Made by a program: the position numbers and the translations under genes. Shown here piece by piece: positions 45,826-56,431 of a stretch of 63,176 nucleotides of DNA (position 1 is its first letter; the number at the start of each line of letters is the position of its first letter). The notes beneath the pieces are model-generated. The model had not been told where the DNA came from and did no database searches. It saw only the letters and a list, made by a program, of their open reading frames with translations. The stretch lies in assembly GCA_026396415.1 (NCBI GenBank), contig JAPLWX010000004.1, forward strand, positions 1-63,176. The letters run 5' to 3'. The DNA is from Candidatus Micrarchaeota archaeon (lineage in GTDB: Archaea; Micrarchaeota; Micrarchaeia; Anstonellales; Anstonellaceae).

Positions 45826-46635
45826 CTAAATCACAGACTGCACAAGCTCGGAGGGGGTGGGCGGAATCATCACTTCCCATTGGAAGCACCGCAGCATCTC
45901 ATCGCCGTTGAGCAGGTCGACTTGGACGTTGAGCGCGTTTGAGATAGTGGCGCGAAGCTCGTTTGCCTGCGAAGAGGCCGCTGCGGCGGCGGCTTCCTTG
46001 CTCACGCCCACGGCGGTCGTCATGATGTAGGAGACCAGCCCCATGGGCTTGATGCCGCGCGTGAGCTTGTTTATCTGGTTTTCCCACATCGCGACTTCCT
46101 TCTCATACCTGTCCATCCTGAGCACGTCCGGGTCTGGCTTGTCGCGCTCGCGCGCAAGCCGCAATTGCGCCTCGGCGTGCTTGGTCTCTATCCTGCTCCT
46201 GTGGTCCGAGATATCCTTTATGTACACCATGATTGCGAATTTCGTGACGTATTTCACCGATGATATCGCGCGCTCGAAGTATTCCGAATAGACGATGTTT
46301 TCCTCCGTCGATTTTTCGGCAGCCGACTCGTAAATCCTCACGCCCAAGTACTTTGACGCATAATACACGCCGCCCACGTTCTTCAGGACCACGTCGTTCG
46401 ACGCCGGCACCTCGAAACCGCCCTCCATGAGCTGGACGACATTGGCGCGCTGGAGCATGAGTGGCACCAGCACGTAGCCGTACTTGTAGAATGCCACCGC
46501 GCCTATTGCCCCGACAAGGCAGAGCACGCCGGAAATTATCGCGATTATGCCGTTTGACGCGCCCACGAAGGAGCCCATCGCGCCCACAAGCGCCATTGCC
46601 GCCGCCCCGTATGAAAAATATTTTACATCCACCAT
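45826..46635 (-). CDS. Membrane protein upstream of the VirB4-like ATPase
   Basis: Two N-terminal TMs and a coiled coil. Confidence 0.75.
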   Translation of the reverse strand: MVDVKYFSYGAAAMALVGAMGSFVGASNGIIAIISGVLCLVGAIGAVAFYKYGYVLVPLMLQRANVVQLMEGGFEVPASNDVVLKNVGGVYYASKYLGVRIYESAAEKSTEENIVYSEYFERAISSVKYVTKFAIMVYIKDISDHRSRIETKHAEAQLRLARERDKPDPDVLRMDRYEKEVAMWENQINKLTRGIKPMGLVSYIMTTAVGVSKEAAAAAASSQANELRATISNALNVQVDLLNGDEMLRCFQWEVMIPPTPSELVQSVI

Positions 46636-46794
46636 GCACTCACGCGCTTAATTCTCCAAGCTTCCTTATAAGGCTTGCGAAAGGCTCCGAGGGCTATCCG
46701 AGGAGCGGTTTGCAAAAGAGGGCAGGCGCGCAGCGAGGGCTGGCAAAAATGGCTTCTGCATCAAAGAGGCACTTTCGCGCGCCAGGCAAGCCCC

Positions 46795-47373
46795 TTAGGC
46801 TTGCGCGCGCTTTGCGCGCATCTTTTCAAGAACTTCGGGCGTTAGCTTGGAGAGATCTGCTGGAAAATCCACACCGAAGCACCTGTATATGATGATGAGA
46901 ATGTCTCTTCTAAAGAAGAAGTTGTCTCTCGCAGCATCTGTTTCGCGCTGCCCATTGGTTAACCTTCGGTCAATTTCTGCCATATACTTGTAGCCCTTTT
47001 TCCCATGCATCTTTACCTCAGACTCAAATATCTCGGTCGCCGAGATGTGCCACGTTCTCCCGCTCTCGTTCATCCCAAACGCCCACCTTAGTTCCAGCTC
47101 ATTGCACTCTTTTGTGAAATCCAGGACAGCAACAATCGCGTTGTCCTTTGCCTTTGACAAATCGCAGGGCAATGTTATTGAGAGCTGGTGTTCCTTTGCT
47201 TTTCTTTCAATGTGCTCGAGCAGCGGGACGAGGAATAACGCCGTTGCCAATAAAGGCCTGCCTTCCCTGACAAGCTTGCGGAACTCTCCCGGATTTTCAA
47301 TGAGTTTTTGCCCTGGCCGTTCGGCAACCTGAGGCTGCGCTGGCAGCCTTTTCGTGAGCGAGAGTAAACGCAT
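46795..47373 (-). CDS. Hypothetical protein
   Basis: 192-aa ORF filling the intergenic space. Confidence 0.55.
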   Translation of the reverse strand: MRLLSLTKRLPAQPQVAERPGQKLIENPGEFRKLVREGRPLLATALFLVPLLEHIERKAKEHQLSITLPCDLSKAKDNAIVAVLDFTKECNELELRWAFGMNESGRTWHISATEIFESEVKMHGKKGYKYMAEIDRRLTNGQRETDAARDNFFFRRDILIIIYRCFGVDFPADLSKLTPEVLEKMRAKRAQA

Positions 47374-47406
47374 GATGATAAACAGCCGGAAAAAGAATAA
47401 AATACC

Positions 47407-48543
47407 CTACTCCAGCAGCCGCCTGTAAAGCCCCACCAGCCGCTCTGTGAGGCGCGGGATGGAATGCTCAAGCGCGGTCCGACGCGCGCCGGCTGCGAGC
47501 CACTTTTTCTCATCAATGCACATGAGCAGCTTTTCCGCGCAGTCCTCCTCGTCCTCGAAAAAGAGATGGCCGTTCTTCCCCTCGCGCACCAGCTCCTCCA
47601 TTGCGGTGCCTTCCAGCACTGCAGCAGGCTTGCCGCACGCGAACGCCTCCAGGAGGGTGAGGCCCTGCGTCTCGAACTTTGAGGTGAAAACGAACGCGTC
47701 GGCGGCATTGTAGTAGTCGATGAGCTTTTCCTTTGCAAGGATGAATCCCGTGAAGTGGAACTTGCGCGCAACATCCATGCGCGCAGCCTCGAGCTTGAGA
47801 TGGTCAAGGTAAGGCCCCTTGCCCACGATGAGGAATTTCACGCGCGGGTCGCGCACCTTTTTTGCCGCGCGCAATATGAAATCATAGTTTTTCTCCTTCA
47901 CCACCCTGCCCACTGAAAGCACCAGCTTGTCCGCCTTGCCATACCCAAGCTCGCGCCTCACTTGCGCTCCGCCTGATGGCTTTGGCTTGAAGCGGAGGGT
48001 ATCCACAGGCGAGGGCAGTACCTCGGACTCAATGCCATGGCGCGCCAGGCGCGCTTTTGTGTGCCGGGATGGCGCAGTCACCAGGTCATAGTGCGAGTAC
48101 AGCCATTTCAGGTACGACCAGGCAATGTCCTTGCCAAACGCCTGCACCTGCCTGTTCTTGGAGAGATAGTGCACGCCGTCAGGCACCATGGTCTCCATGG
48201 ACGCCATGCATGGCAGGCGGCAGCGCCGTGCAAAGCTGTATGCAGCCACGCCCATGGACATCATTGCCTTGGAGTGCACCAGCTGTATCTTGTGCCTCTG
48301 CGCAGTCTTTGCGGAGATGGAGTATGGGAAAAGCACGGCGCGGTACTCGGGGTAGGGGGGGAATTTCACGGCTGAAAACCTGAGGACCTCGTCGCCGGGC
48401 GCGTCCTTGTAGCCTGGCGCGTCAGGCGCGAACACCGCCCACTTGTGTCCCGCGGCCTCAAGCCCGCGCCTGTAGGCGAGAATGGAGCTGACCACGCCGT
48501 CGGTGTTTGGCAGGTAGCTGTCCGTGAAGAGCGCGGCTTTCAT
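47407..48543 (-). CDS. Glycosyltransferase family 4
   Basis: FTDSYLPNTDGV, VGRVVKEKN, ETQGLTLLEAFACGKP. Confidence 0.93.
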   Translation of the reverse strand: MKAALFTDSYLPNTDGVVSSILAYRRGLEAAGHKWAVFAPDAPGYKDAPGDEVLRFSAVKFPPYPEYRAVLFPYSISAKTAQRHKIQLVHSKAMMSMGVAAYSFARRCRLPCMASMETMVPDGVHYLSKNRQVQAFGKDIAWSYLKWLYSHYDLVTAPSRHTKARLARHGIESEVLPSPVDTLRFKPKPSGGAQVRRELGYGKADKLVLSVGRVVKEKNYDFILRAAKKVRDPRVKFLIVGKGPYLDHLKLEAARMDVARKFHFTGFILAKEKLIDYYNAADAFVFTSKFETQGLTLLEAFACGKPAAVLEGTAMEELVREGKNGHLFFEDEEDCAEKLLMCIDEKKWLAAGARRTALEHSIPRLTERLVGLYRRLLE

Positions 48544-48664
48544 AAGTGATAAAAACGCATCTGCCTCTTAAAAACCGTTGCCCTGCCGGGAAGGATGGCG
48601 GGTAGTAGACATAAACATACATTTTTAAACACTTATCCCAATAATGCATACATAAGATGATCAA

Positions 48665-49645
48665 ATGAACATGATTCAGCCAAACCAGCTTAGCCGCATT
48701 GCAATCGGAAAGGGAGGGGACCTCATAGTGGCAGGCATTGCCAAAATCACCCAGAAACACCCTTTATATGACAGGCTCGCAACGCCGCATTACCTGAATG
48801 AGAAGGCTCTTGCCAGCGCGGAGCTTTTTGATTCCAGGTTCGGGGCAGACCCCAGGTACGGGGAATTATTCACTGAAAAATATGCAGTCGCGGTTGAAAA
48901 GGCGGCACTCAAGATATGGGAAAGATTCCCAAGCATTACACCGGGCATGGGGATGAATTCTGCCATCCTGGACACGATTCGCGACTGGTTCGGCACAGGC
49001 ACAGAAAACCTGTGGAAAAACAGGAACCTGGAATATCTTGCGCTGTTCGACGTCTATTCGCGCCTGGGGGCAACGCCAACGCTTTCATTGGGCCGGAATT
49101 TCGACCTGCAGCTGGAAGTTGGCGGCAATGAATATGCCTATGATGACGATAAGGCGGCGTATGAGGGCAAACCGCGCGAGAAGCGCGCTTCGGCCAAGAC
49201 CCCTGCGCAGGCATGCAGCCTGGTGCACCTGATTTTGGGGGACGAGGCGGAGGGACGGGCAAAAGAGGGGGATAAGAAATATGAGCCCCGGGTCTGGAAA
49301 GGGGCGATGGCAGACGCAATCAAGCATTACGAGGAAGCGGTGGCGTTGGACATCGGAAGCGCGCTTGCAATCGACTGCCTTTCGGACGCATATGCCAAAA
49401 CGAGGCAGTTTTGCAAGGCATCGGACCTTTGGATGAGGGCATTTGAGGCTGCGCAAAACATATCTACCAAGGATGCATATGCCCTGGTATGGTCTGACAT
49501 CGCAATCCACTCGAATGATGCCAAGAGGATGATTGGCGCGCTTCGCGCAATCGAGGAATTTTGTTCATCCAGCAAGCAGTGCGAGAATGCCGGGAAGGCC
49601 GCAGGCGAGCTTCGCGCGGCTTTAGCAGATGCGCTCGGATCGTGA
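48665..49645 (+). CDS. Hypothetical protein with TPR-like C-terminus
   Basis: AIKHYEEAVALD...LSDAY. Confidence 0.6.
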   Translation: MNMIQPNQLSRIAIGKGGDLIVAGIAKITQKHPLYDRLATPHYLNEKALASAELFDSRFGADPRYGELFTEKYAVAVEKAALKIWERFPSITPGMGMNSAILDTIRDWFGTGTENLWKNRNLEYLALFDVYSRLGATPTLSLGRNFDLQLEVGGNEYAYDDDKAAYEGKPREKRASAKTPAQACSLVHLILGDEAEGRAKEGDKKYEPRVWKGAMADAIKHYEEAVALDIGSALAIDCLSDAYAKTRQFCKASDLWMRAFEAAQNISTKDAYALVWSDIAIHSNDAKRMIGALRAIEEFCSSSKQCENAGKAAGELRAALADALGS

Positions 49646-49689
49646 GGCGGGAAGGAAGACTTAAAAACCGTTCGCTTTATACAAAAGCC

Positions 49690-49805
49690 TGTCAGCGGTC
49701 ATAGGAGAGGGGAAACACCCGAACCCATTCCGAACTCGGAAGTTAAGCCCTCTTACGATGTTGCCTGTACTGCGCTATGCGCGGGAACGCGCATTGCTGC
49801 TGACA
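49690..49805 (+). rRNA. rrf: 5S rRNA (stand-alone)
   Basis: GCGGTCATAG...GAAACACCCGAACCCATTCCGAACTCGGAAGTTAAGCC; TGTCAGCGG/CTGCTGACA terminal helix. Confidence 0.95.
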
Positions 49806-50052
49806 CAACAAACAAATCTCAGCGAGAGCTGGATTTGTTTGGCAGCGCAAGAGCGCTCAATCTACAAATCCGAGCGCAAGCGAGGATTTGGAGAGCAGCG
49901 TGCGAGGACGCACGCTCAACTCATAAAAATTAGCGGAAGCGCCGTCCCAGCAAGCAGGATGGGAGCGCTTCGCGCATTTTCCCGGAGCAAGCGCCGGGCG
50001 CATGTGGCGTGCGCCAACTACAATTATAAATTTGACAACCGATTTCCCAGCC

Positions 50053-51633
50053 ATGAACATTGGCGACATCGTGACCGCTGGCGCAAGCAGGCTCAAGCCA
50101 AAGGACGAGGTCTGGAAGTACAAGAAGTACATCTGCCGCGCGAAAATCCTCGACCTCACCGCAGGCGGGAAAATCGTGGTGCTGAACGAGCAGGAAGCGC
50201 ACGAGAACGACTTGTACGCGTCGCACCGCGTGGTGCTTTCCTGCGGGAAGAAACAGGAGGTCGCAATCATCGACCTCTCGCACGATTTGGTCTCGCGCGG
50301 GGAGATAATGCTTTTTTCCGAGGTCCTCTCGGAGTTTGACGCAAAGGAGGGCGACCAGATAGAGATAATGCACATGCAGCGCCCGGCATCCATCGAATAC
50401 ATAAAGAAGAAGATGGACGGCGGGGAGCTGGCGGAGAAGGAAATGGACATCGTGATGACGGAGCTCATGCAGAACCGCCTGTCCGAGGCCGAGCTTTCAT
50501 CCTTCATAACCTCCATGTACATCCGCGGCCTCACGCAGGACGAGGTGGTGGGCCTGACAAACAGCGTGGTGGCGTCAGGCCAGACGCTGCAGCTCGGGCG
50601 CTCGCCAATCTGCGACAAGCACTGCGTCGGGGGCGTGGCAGGCAACAGGACGACCATGGTGGTGGTGCCCATAATCGCAGCCTCAGGGCTTTACATCCCG
50701 AAAACGTCAAGCCGCTCGATTACATCCGCAGCGGGGACTGCGGACACCATGGAGACGCTGTGCTCTGTCTCGCTGCCTATTGACGACATGCGCGAAGTGG
50801 TCCAGAAATCAAAAGGCTGCGTGGTCTGGGGAGGGGCGCTCCGCCTCGCATCCGCGGACGACAAGCTCATAAAAATCCGGAACCCCCTCTCGCTCGACCC
50901 CGAAGGCGTCATGCTCGCATCCATACTTGCGAAGAAGAAAAGCGTGGGCGCGGAGTACGTGGTGATAGACATCCCGATTGGCAGGGGCGTGAAGCTTGCG
51001 AACCAGGCTGAAGCGAAAAAACTTGCAGACCAGTTCATATCAATAGGCAAGCGCCTCGGCATGAAAATCGAGGTGCTCATAACGGACGGGAGCGAGCCCA
51101 TCGGCGTGGGCATCGGCCCGGCCCTTGAGTGCGCTGATGTCATATCCGTCCTGAACAACACAGGCCCGACAGACCTGCGCGAAAAGTCCTGCAGGCTGGC
51201 AGGCGAGATACTCGAGATGACGGGCAAGGTGAAGAAGGGCAGCGGCTTTGACACCGCCGAAAGCGTGCTGAATTCCGGGAAGGCGATTGCCAAGTTCCAG
51301 GAAATCGTGGAGCTGCAGGGCGGGAAGAAAGGAATCAAGCTGTCGGACGTCCCGGTGGCAAAGCAAAGGCACATTGTGGTTGCCGAGGCAGATGGGCGCG
51401 TGTTCCACATCGACAACAGGATGCTTTCCAAGATAGCGCGCGCGGCAGGCGCGCCCAACGACAAGGTTGCGGGAGTCAAGCTGCTTTGCGAGAGGGGCGA
51501 CAAGGTGAGGAAGGGCGACCCGCTGTTTGAGATACACTCCGATTCCGAGACCAAGCTCGACTTTGCCGTCAAGGCGCTTGAGGGATGGGAGGGCGTGGAG
51601 CTGGAGAAGAGCGTGCTTTCCAGGGTCGGCTGA
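50053..51633 (+). CDS. AMP phosphorylase (thymidine phosphorylase family)
   Basis: DKHCVGGVAGNRTT, PKTSSRSITSAAGTAD, SILAKKKS. Confidence 0.92.
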   Translation: MNIGDIVTAGASRLKPKDEVWKYKKYICRAKILDLTAGGKIVVLNEQEAHENDLYASHRVVLSCGKKQEVAIIDLSHDLVSRGEIMLFSEVLSEFDAKEGDQIEIMHMQRPASIEYIKKKMDGGELAEKEMDIVMTELMQNRLSEAELSSFITSMYIRGLTQDEVVGLTNSVVASGQTLQLGRSPICDKHCVGGVAGNRTTMVVVPIIAASGLYIPKTSSRSITSAAGTADTMETLCSVSLPIDDMREVVQKSKGCVVWGGALRLASADDKLIKIRNPLSLDPEGVMLASILAKKKSVGAEYVVIDIPIGRGVKLANQAEAKKLADQFISIGKRLGMKIEVLITDGSEPIGVGIGPALECADVISVLNNTGPTDLREKSCRLAGEILEMTGKVKKGSGFDTAESVLNSGKAIAKFQEIVELQGGKKGIKLSDVPVAKQRHIVVAEADGRVFHIDNRMLSKIARAAGAPNDKVAGVKLLCERGDKVRKGDPLFEIHSDSETKLDFAVKALEGWEGVELEKSVLSRVG

Positions 51634-51734
51634 CCTGTGCGCTGCGAACGCCTGGCAGGCGTTTCTTAGTGTGATAGAAAGAGTAAAGATAGGTTTAAAT
51701 ACCCTTCTATCCATATTATGGCAAATGTGGCAAA

Positions 51735-52079
51735 ATGACGATGCAAAAACCAATAGACATCATATCAACTCAAAAGAAGAATAACGCTATCGTTGAGGTT
51801 AATGGCCAGCGCTATCTGGTCGGCATGCTGAATGGCAAATACACTGGTTACGACGGCTACCCGGGCACGCCCATCTACAAGGTAAGGGAAGCCGCAGGTT
51901 ATTCCAAAATATTTCAAAAAAAGATAAACGAACGGGAAACGCTATTGTTTGTTAGAAGGAACGATGAAAGGATAGAGAGAGAGCCAGGCAACCGACAAGG
52001 CCCGCCCATGACACCTATGCAATCTGCGAAATGGTGCCTGCCATCTTCAAGCAGAAGATTCTGGATAAGGCGAACATGA
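51735..52079 (+). CDS. Hypothetical protein (possibly truncated)
   Basis: ORF only. Confidence 0.35.
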   Translation: MTMQKPIDIISTQKKNNAIVEVNGQRYLVGMLNGKYTGYDGYPGTPIYKVREAAGYSKIFQKKINERETLLFVRRNDERIEREPGNRQGPPMTPMQSAKWCLPSSSRRFWIRRT

Positions 52080-52341
52080 ATAAATCGCTGCCCGAATCAG
52101 CCAAGAACGTGCAGGAAGAGCCTCCGATGCAGTAGCCCTTTTTTTCTTTATGCTCTCCTGGCGGAAGCGCCTGCGCGCGGGCAAAGCGCAAAAAACCGCG
52201 GGCATGGGCAGCGCTTTTATAAAACTTTTCCACCCTAACGCCGTTGCCAAAAACAAGGTTAGCGCGCGCGAGGGCGGCACTGCATCAGTAATATAATCCT
52301 GCGTCTGCTAATTTTGGCAAGGCATCCTGGACGGTAATCAT

Positions 52342-53448
52342 ATGGGGCTTGACAACATCGAGGCGCACATCCCCGAGGGGATAATCGTTTCTCCTGAGGA
52401 CGCGGAGCTTTTGAAATTCATCGAGCAGTCACGGCCGAAAATCTACGTGGTGGGCGCCGGCGGATCGGGCTGCAACACCATGAGCAGGATGCACGATGTC
52501 CGCATCGAGGGCATCAAGCTTGTTGCCATGAACACCGACGTGCAGCACCTTGTGAAGATGGGCGCGGACAAGAAGATATTGCTTGGCAAGAAGACCACGC
52601 GCGGCATGGGCGCAGGCTCGAACCCTTCGGTGGGCGAGGCGGCGGCAAAGGAGTCGGCCGAGGAGATAAAGGCGTCGATTGCGGACGCCATGATGGTATT
52701 CATCACATGCGGGCTTGGAGGGGGCACAGGGACGGGAAGCGCACCCATCATCGCAGAGCAGGCAAAGGCGGCAGGGGCGCTCACCATCGCGGTTGTCACG
52801 CTCCCGTTCGCATCCGAGGGGAAGGTAAGGATGCAAAACGCGCTTGAAGGCCTGAACAAGCTCCGCAAGCACGCGGACACAGTCATTGTCATCCCGAACG
52901 ACAAGCTCCTCTCAATCGTGCCCGACCTGCCCCTCAACACGGCATTCAAGGTAAGCGACGAGGTGCTTGCCGGAGCAGTGAAGGGAATTGCCGAGCTTGT
53001 GACAAAGGCTGGCTTGGTCAACTTGGACTTTGCCGACCTTAGGACCATCCTGTCAAGCGCAGGCTGCGCGGTGGTCGGCATAGGCGAGGCATCTGTGGAG
53101 GCGAAGCCCGACCAGCGCGCGCTGATTGCAGTGGATACGGCGATGAACTCGCCGCTTTTGGACGTGGACATTTCAACCGCGAACCGCGCGCTCATCAACG
53201 TGGTGGGCGGGGAGGACATGACATTGCGCGAGGCCGAGCTTATCGTTTCCGAGGTTTCAAAGCGGATCGACCCGTCCTCGCACATCATCTGGGGCGCGCG
53301 CGTGGAGAAGAATGCAAAGAAGAGCTCGGTGCGCGTGCTTTGCGTGCTTGCAGGCGCAAAGTTCCCGCAGTACGAATTGGCAAGCGCGGCGATGAACGCA
53401 GGCGCGAGGGCGGAGGATGCCGAGCTTGACTTGGACCTGCTCGGATAA
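52342..53448 (+). CDS. ftsZ: Cell division protein FtsZ
   Basis: VVGAGGSGCN, GLGGGTGTG, NLDFAD. Confidence 0.97.
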   Translation: MGLDNIEAHIPEGIIVSPEDAELLKFIEQSRPKIYVVGAGGSGCNTMSRMHDVRIEGIKLVAMNTDVQHLVKMGADKKILLGKKTTRGMGAGSNPSVGEAAAKESAEEIKASIADAMMVFITCGLGGGTGTGSAPIIAEQAKAAGALTIAVVTLPFASEGKVRMQNALEGLNKLRKHADTVIVIPNDKLLSIVPDLPLNTAFKVSDEVLAGAVKGIAELVTKAGLVNLDFADLRTILSSAGCAVVGIGEASVEAKPDQRALIAVDTAMNSPLLDVDISTANRALINVVGGEDMTLREAELIVSEVSKRIDPSSHIIWGARVEKNAKKSSVRVLCVLAGAKFPQYELASAAMNAGARAEDAELDLDLLG

Positions 53449-53477
53449 ATGTCGCTGATGCGGAAAAGGTGGATATT

Positions 53478-53642
53478 ATGTTTGACATTGCAGGATGGGT
53501 GAAGCAGGCGATGCGCGTGATGAATGTTGCCACGCGCCCGAGGCAGAAGGAGTTCGAGAGGATAATCAAAGTCACAGGCATTGGCATGATAGCCGTGGGC
53601 CTCATTGGCGTGATACTTTCGTTCGTGGTGAACCTGGTCTAG
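53478..53642 (+). CDS. secE: Protein translocase subunit SecE/Sec61-gamma
   Basis: RVMNVATRPRQKEF...GIGMIAVGLIG; conserved ftsZ-secE-spt5 order. Confidence 0.9.
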   Translation: MFDIAGWVKQAMRVMNVATRPRQKEFERIIKVTGIGMIAVGLIGVILSFVVNLV

Positions 53643-53676
53643 CGTTTGCAACTGAAAGGAATGGTTGGGTGGAAAA

Positions 53677-54138
53677 ATGATATATGTTTACAAGATAACG
53701 GTCGGCCAGGAGAAAATCGTGCTTGACATGCTCTACAAGAAGATAAAGAAGGAAGGGCTGAAGATTCCCGCCATTGCCTATTTCGAGGACCTCAAGGGCT
53801 ACCTGATTGTGGAGGGGGAGGACGAGGTCTCTGTCCGCCAGGCAGGATTGCGCATCCCGCACATAAAAGGCGTGCTTGACCGCCCCATGGGAATCAAGGA
53901 CATCGAGGGCATGATAGAGGCCGCGAAGCCGGCGGTGCTTTCCATTTCCAAAGGCGACGTGGTGGAGCTGGTCTCAGGCCCGTTCAAGGGCGAGAAGGCG
54001 CGCGTGATAAGGATAGACACCAACAAGGACGAGGTGACCGTGGAGCTCACCGAGGTCGCGGTGCCAATCCCGGTCACCATCAAGGCGAACACCATCAAGG
54101 TGTTCCAGAAGGCGTCTGACGCAGCCAATGCGTCGTGA
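53677..54138 (+). CDS. spt5: Transcription elongation factor Spt5 (NusG)
   Basis: TVGQE, KGYLIVE, KOW motif GDVVELVSGPFKG. Confidence 0.95.
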   Translation: MIYVYKITVGQEKIVLDMLYKKIKKEGLKIPAIAYFEDLKGYLIVEGEDEVSVRQAGLRIPHIKGVLDRPMGIKDIEGMIEAAKPAVLSISKGDVVELVSGPFKGEKARVIRIDTNKDEVTVELTEVAVPIPVTIKANTIKVFQKASDAANAS

Positions 54139-54142
54139 TGGC

Positions 54143-54697
54143 ATGCCAAAAAAAGTTTTGCCAAATGTTGACGTTAGATTTGTCGAGGTGGTCCAACCTT
54201 CGCACCTTAGAGGCTTCACTGCGCAAGATTTCATGGACTTCATCAACCCTTTTGCAGGCGAGAAAGCATACATCCGAATAAGGAAGAAGAAGACCATTGC
54301 CCAGGAAAGGAAATGGCTCGCTGGAATAAAGGCAGATATAAAGAAAGGGAACCATGTGCGCGTGCTGCTCGTGGCAGGGGGCCGCCTGGCAGGCGTGTGC
54401 GACGCGAATAGGAAGAGTACGGAATGCGAATCAGGCAACGTGCATTTCGGGCTTGCAGTGTCGAAAAAATACCGCGGGCGCGGGCTTGGCGAGCTTCTTT
54501 TGAGGAAGTGCATAGCGCTTGCGAGGAAAAAACTCAAGCCGCACCGCATGTGGATAGAGTACGTTGATGGAAATAAGCCTGCTGCTAGGCTCTACCGCAA
54601 GCTCGGGTTTGCGAAATGTGGCAGGCGGAATGAATACGTAAACCATTATGGCAAGTGGCACGACGATGTGCTGATGGTGTATAAGGGAAAAAAATAG
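54143..54697 (+). CDS. GNAT acetyltransferase
   Basis: YRGRGLG, NKPAARLYRKLGF. Confidence 0.88.
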   Translation: MPKKVLPNVDVRFVEVVQPSHLRGFTAQDFMDFINPFAGEKAYIRIRKKKTIAQERKWLAGIKADIKKGNHVRVLLVAGGRLAGVCDANRKSTECESGNVHFGLAVSKKYRGRGLGELLLRKCIALARKKLKPHRMWIEYVDGNKPAARLYRKLGFAKCGRRNEYVNHYGKWHDDVLMVYKGKK

Positions 54698-56320
54698 CTA
54701 CTTCTTCTTCGCAACGAACTTCCTGTAAGCGAAAAACCCGAGCGCGCAGAGCGCCACAAGCGCGAGAATGGGAATAAGGAAGTTGTCCCCGCCCGTGCCT
54801 ATGATTACGAATGGGACGGGCTCGTAGCCGGGCTTTTCTATCGAGATCGGCACGCTGCCGCTTTTGCCAAGCACCACGGAGAACGGGCTGTCGCCATCCT
54901 CCTTCACGCCCCCGACCGAAAGCGCCACGCCGGTAAGCTCCACGCCCCGGCTGTCGCGCGCGGATATCGTGATTGTCTCGTTAATGCCTGCCTCGGAGGG
55001 GGCCAGGACGGACATTTTCTGGAGGGGCACGGACTGCCCCTTCACAAGCGTGATGGAGGAATAATCGGCTGATTGCTGCTTCCCGGACAAGTCGGTGACA
55101 CGGCATTCCACGCGGTATGCGCCGAAAGGCTGGCCTGTGAAATCCACCTTTGCACGCCAGTCTTCCAAGCCGTTCGCAGGCTGCCAGTTCCCGCCCTCAA
55201 GGCGGACCTCCACATCCTGCACGCCGGAATCGGAATATGCCGTACCATCAACGTCGATTGGCCAGTCGCCCACTGACGCGCCGTTCCTGGGCCAGGAAAA
55301 GCTGCACATGGGGGACGGGGAAAGGGAATAGAATTTGCCCATGCTTGTGCCAAAGAAAAGATTGTCGCCCTTCCCGGCTGCGCTTCCAGGCCTGCCGCCT
55401 GCTGAAAATGACCAGACAATCTCCCCGCTGATGGCATCAAGCCCGTAGATGTTCCCGTCGTTTGAGCCGAATGACACCTGCTGCCCGCCCTTGCCTGAAA
55501 AGAGCACAGGCTCGGACCAAATCCCCTCGCCAGTCTTGTACTTGAAGCGCAGCTTGCCGGAGTCGGTTATAGAATAAAAGTAACCGTCGTTTGAGCCAAA
55601 GAATATCGAATCGCCAAAGCGCACGGGAGTGGACTGCACCCAGCCGCCGGTCTGGAAATACCAGCGCTGGCGGCCCGAAACCGCGTCAAACGAGTAAAGC
55701 CTGCCATCCGTGGCGCCAAAATAGATGCTGCCTTCGTATTCCAGGGGCATCGAGAGGAATGAATCCTCGGCAGGCACGGCAAAATTCTGCGCGCCGTTCT
55801 TCGCGGCAATGGAGTAAAGCAGCCTGCCCGATGTGAAATAGACCGTGTCGCCGAATGCGCCTATCGGCCCGGCCGGCCCTGGAAGCGAGACGTTCCAGAC
55901 GGAAACGCCTGCCTGCGAGTATGCCCGGACGCCGTCGGGCAGTGAAACGTAAACATTGCCCGAATCGCCTGCGAGGTAAAGCGGGGCTGACGGGAGATGC
56001 ACCACCGCACCTTCCTTGCCGGTTGCGGAAAGGAATGAGAGCCTTCCGCTTTGGCTTGCCACTGCGATTGTATCCGGGGAAACCTTCACCGCAGGCACGG
56101 ATATGCGCTCGTCGGCATCGTATGCCCAGGAAATGGATCCTCGGTCTGCCGAGAATTCATATGCTTTCCCCTCATATGTGGAAAAGACGACCTTGTCGGA
56201 AACCAGGAGCGGCTTGCCGATTATTGCGCCCTGCGCAGTATAGCTCCACTGCACCGATGCAAATGAAACTGAAGAGAGAATGAGAAAAAGAAGGAAAATA
56301 GCTGGTGCAGTGCTCTTCAT
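54698..56320 (-). CDS. PQQ-repeat beta-propeller surface protein
   Basis: Signal peptide, repeated FGSNDG/W-x-F motifs, Ig-like domain, C-terminal TM. Confidence 0.85.
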   Translation of the reverse strand: MKSTAPAIFLLFLILSSVSFASVQWSYTAQGAIIGKPLLVSDKVVFSTYEGKAYEFSADRGSISWAYDADERISVPAVKVSPDTIAVASQSGRLSFLSATGKEGAVVHLPSAPLYLAGDSGNVYVSLPDGVRAYSQAGVSVWNVSLPGPAGPIGAFGDTVYFTSGRLLYSIAAKNGAQNFAVPAEDSFLSMPLEYEGSIYFGATDGRLYSFDAVSGRQRWYFQTGGWVQSTPVRFGDSIFFGSNDGYFYSITDSGKLRFKYKTGEGIWSEPVLFSGKGGQQVSFGSNDGNIYGLDAISGEIVWSFSAGGRPGSAAGKGDNLFFGTSMGKFYSLSPSPMCSFSWPRNGASVGDWPIDVDGTAYSDSGVQDVEVRLEGGNWQPANGLEDWRAKVDFTGQPFGAYRVECRVTDLSGKQQSADYSSITLVKGQSVPLQKMSVLAPSEAGINETITISARDSRGVELTGVALSVGGVKEDGDSPFSVVLGKSGSVPISIEKPGYEPVPFVIIGTGGDNFLIPILALVALCALGFFAYRKFVAKKK

Positions 56321-56431
56321 TTGATTACCGCACCTGACTGCGCGAAAAGAATATTTAAACGAGTGCCCCATCAGGGGTTTAGGGCGCAAGCGGGAAATGA
56401 GAATCAGCCGATTCGAGCCGATGCTCCGACT

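Noticed and set aside
52443-53651. 402-aa antisense ORF, and similar long shadow ORFs opposite AMP phosphorylase, purC and the integrase
   Set aside because: Antisense shadows of well-conserved GC-rich genes with no recognisable motifs.
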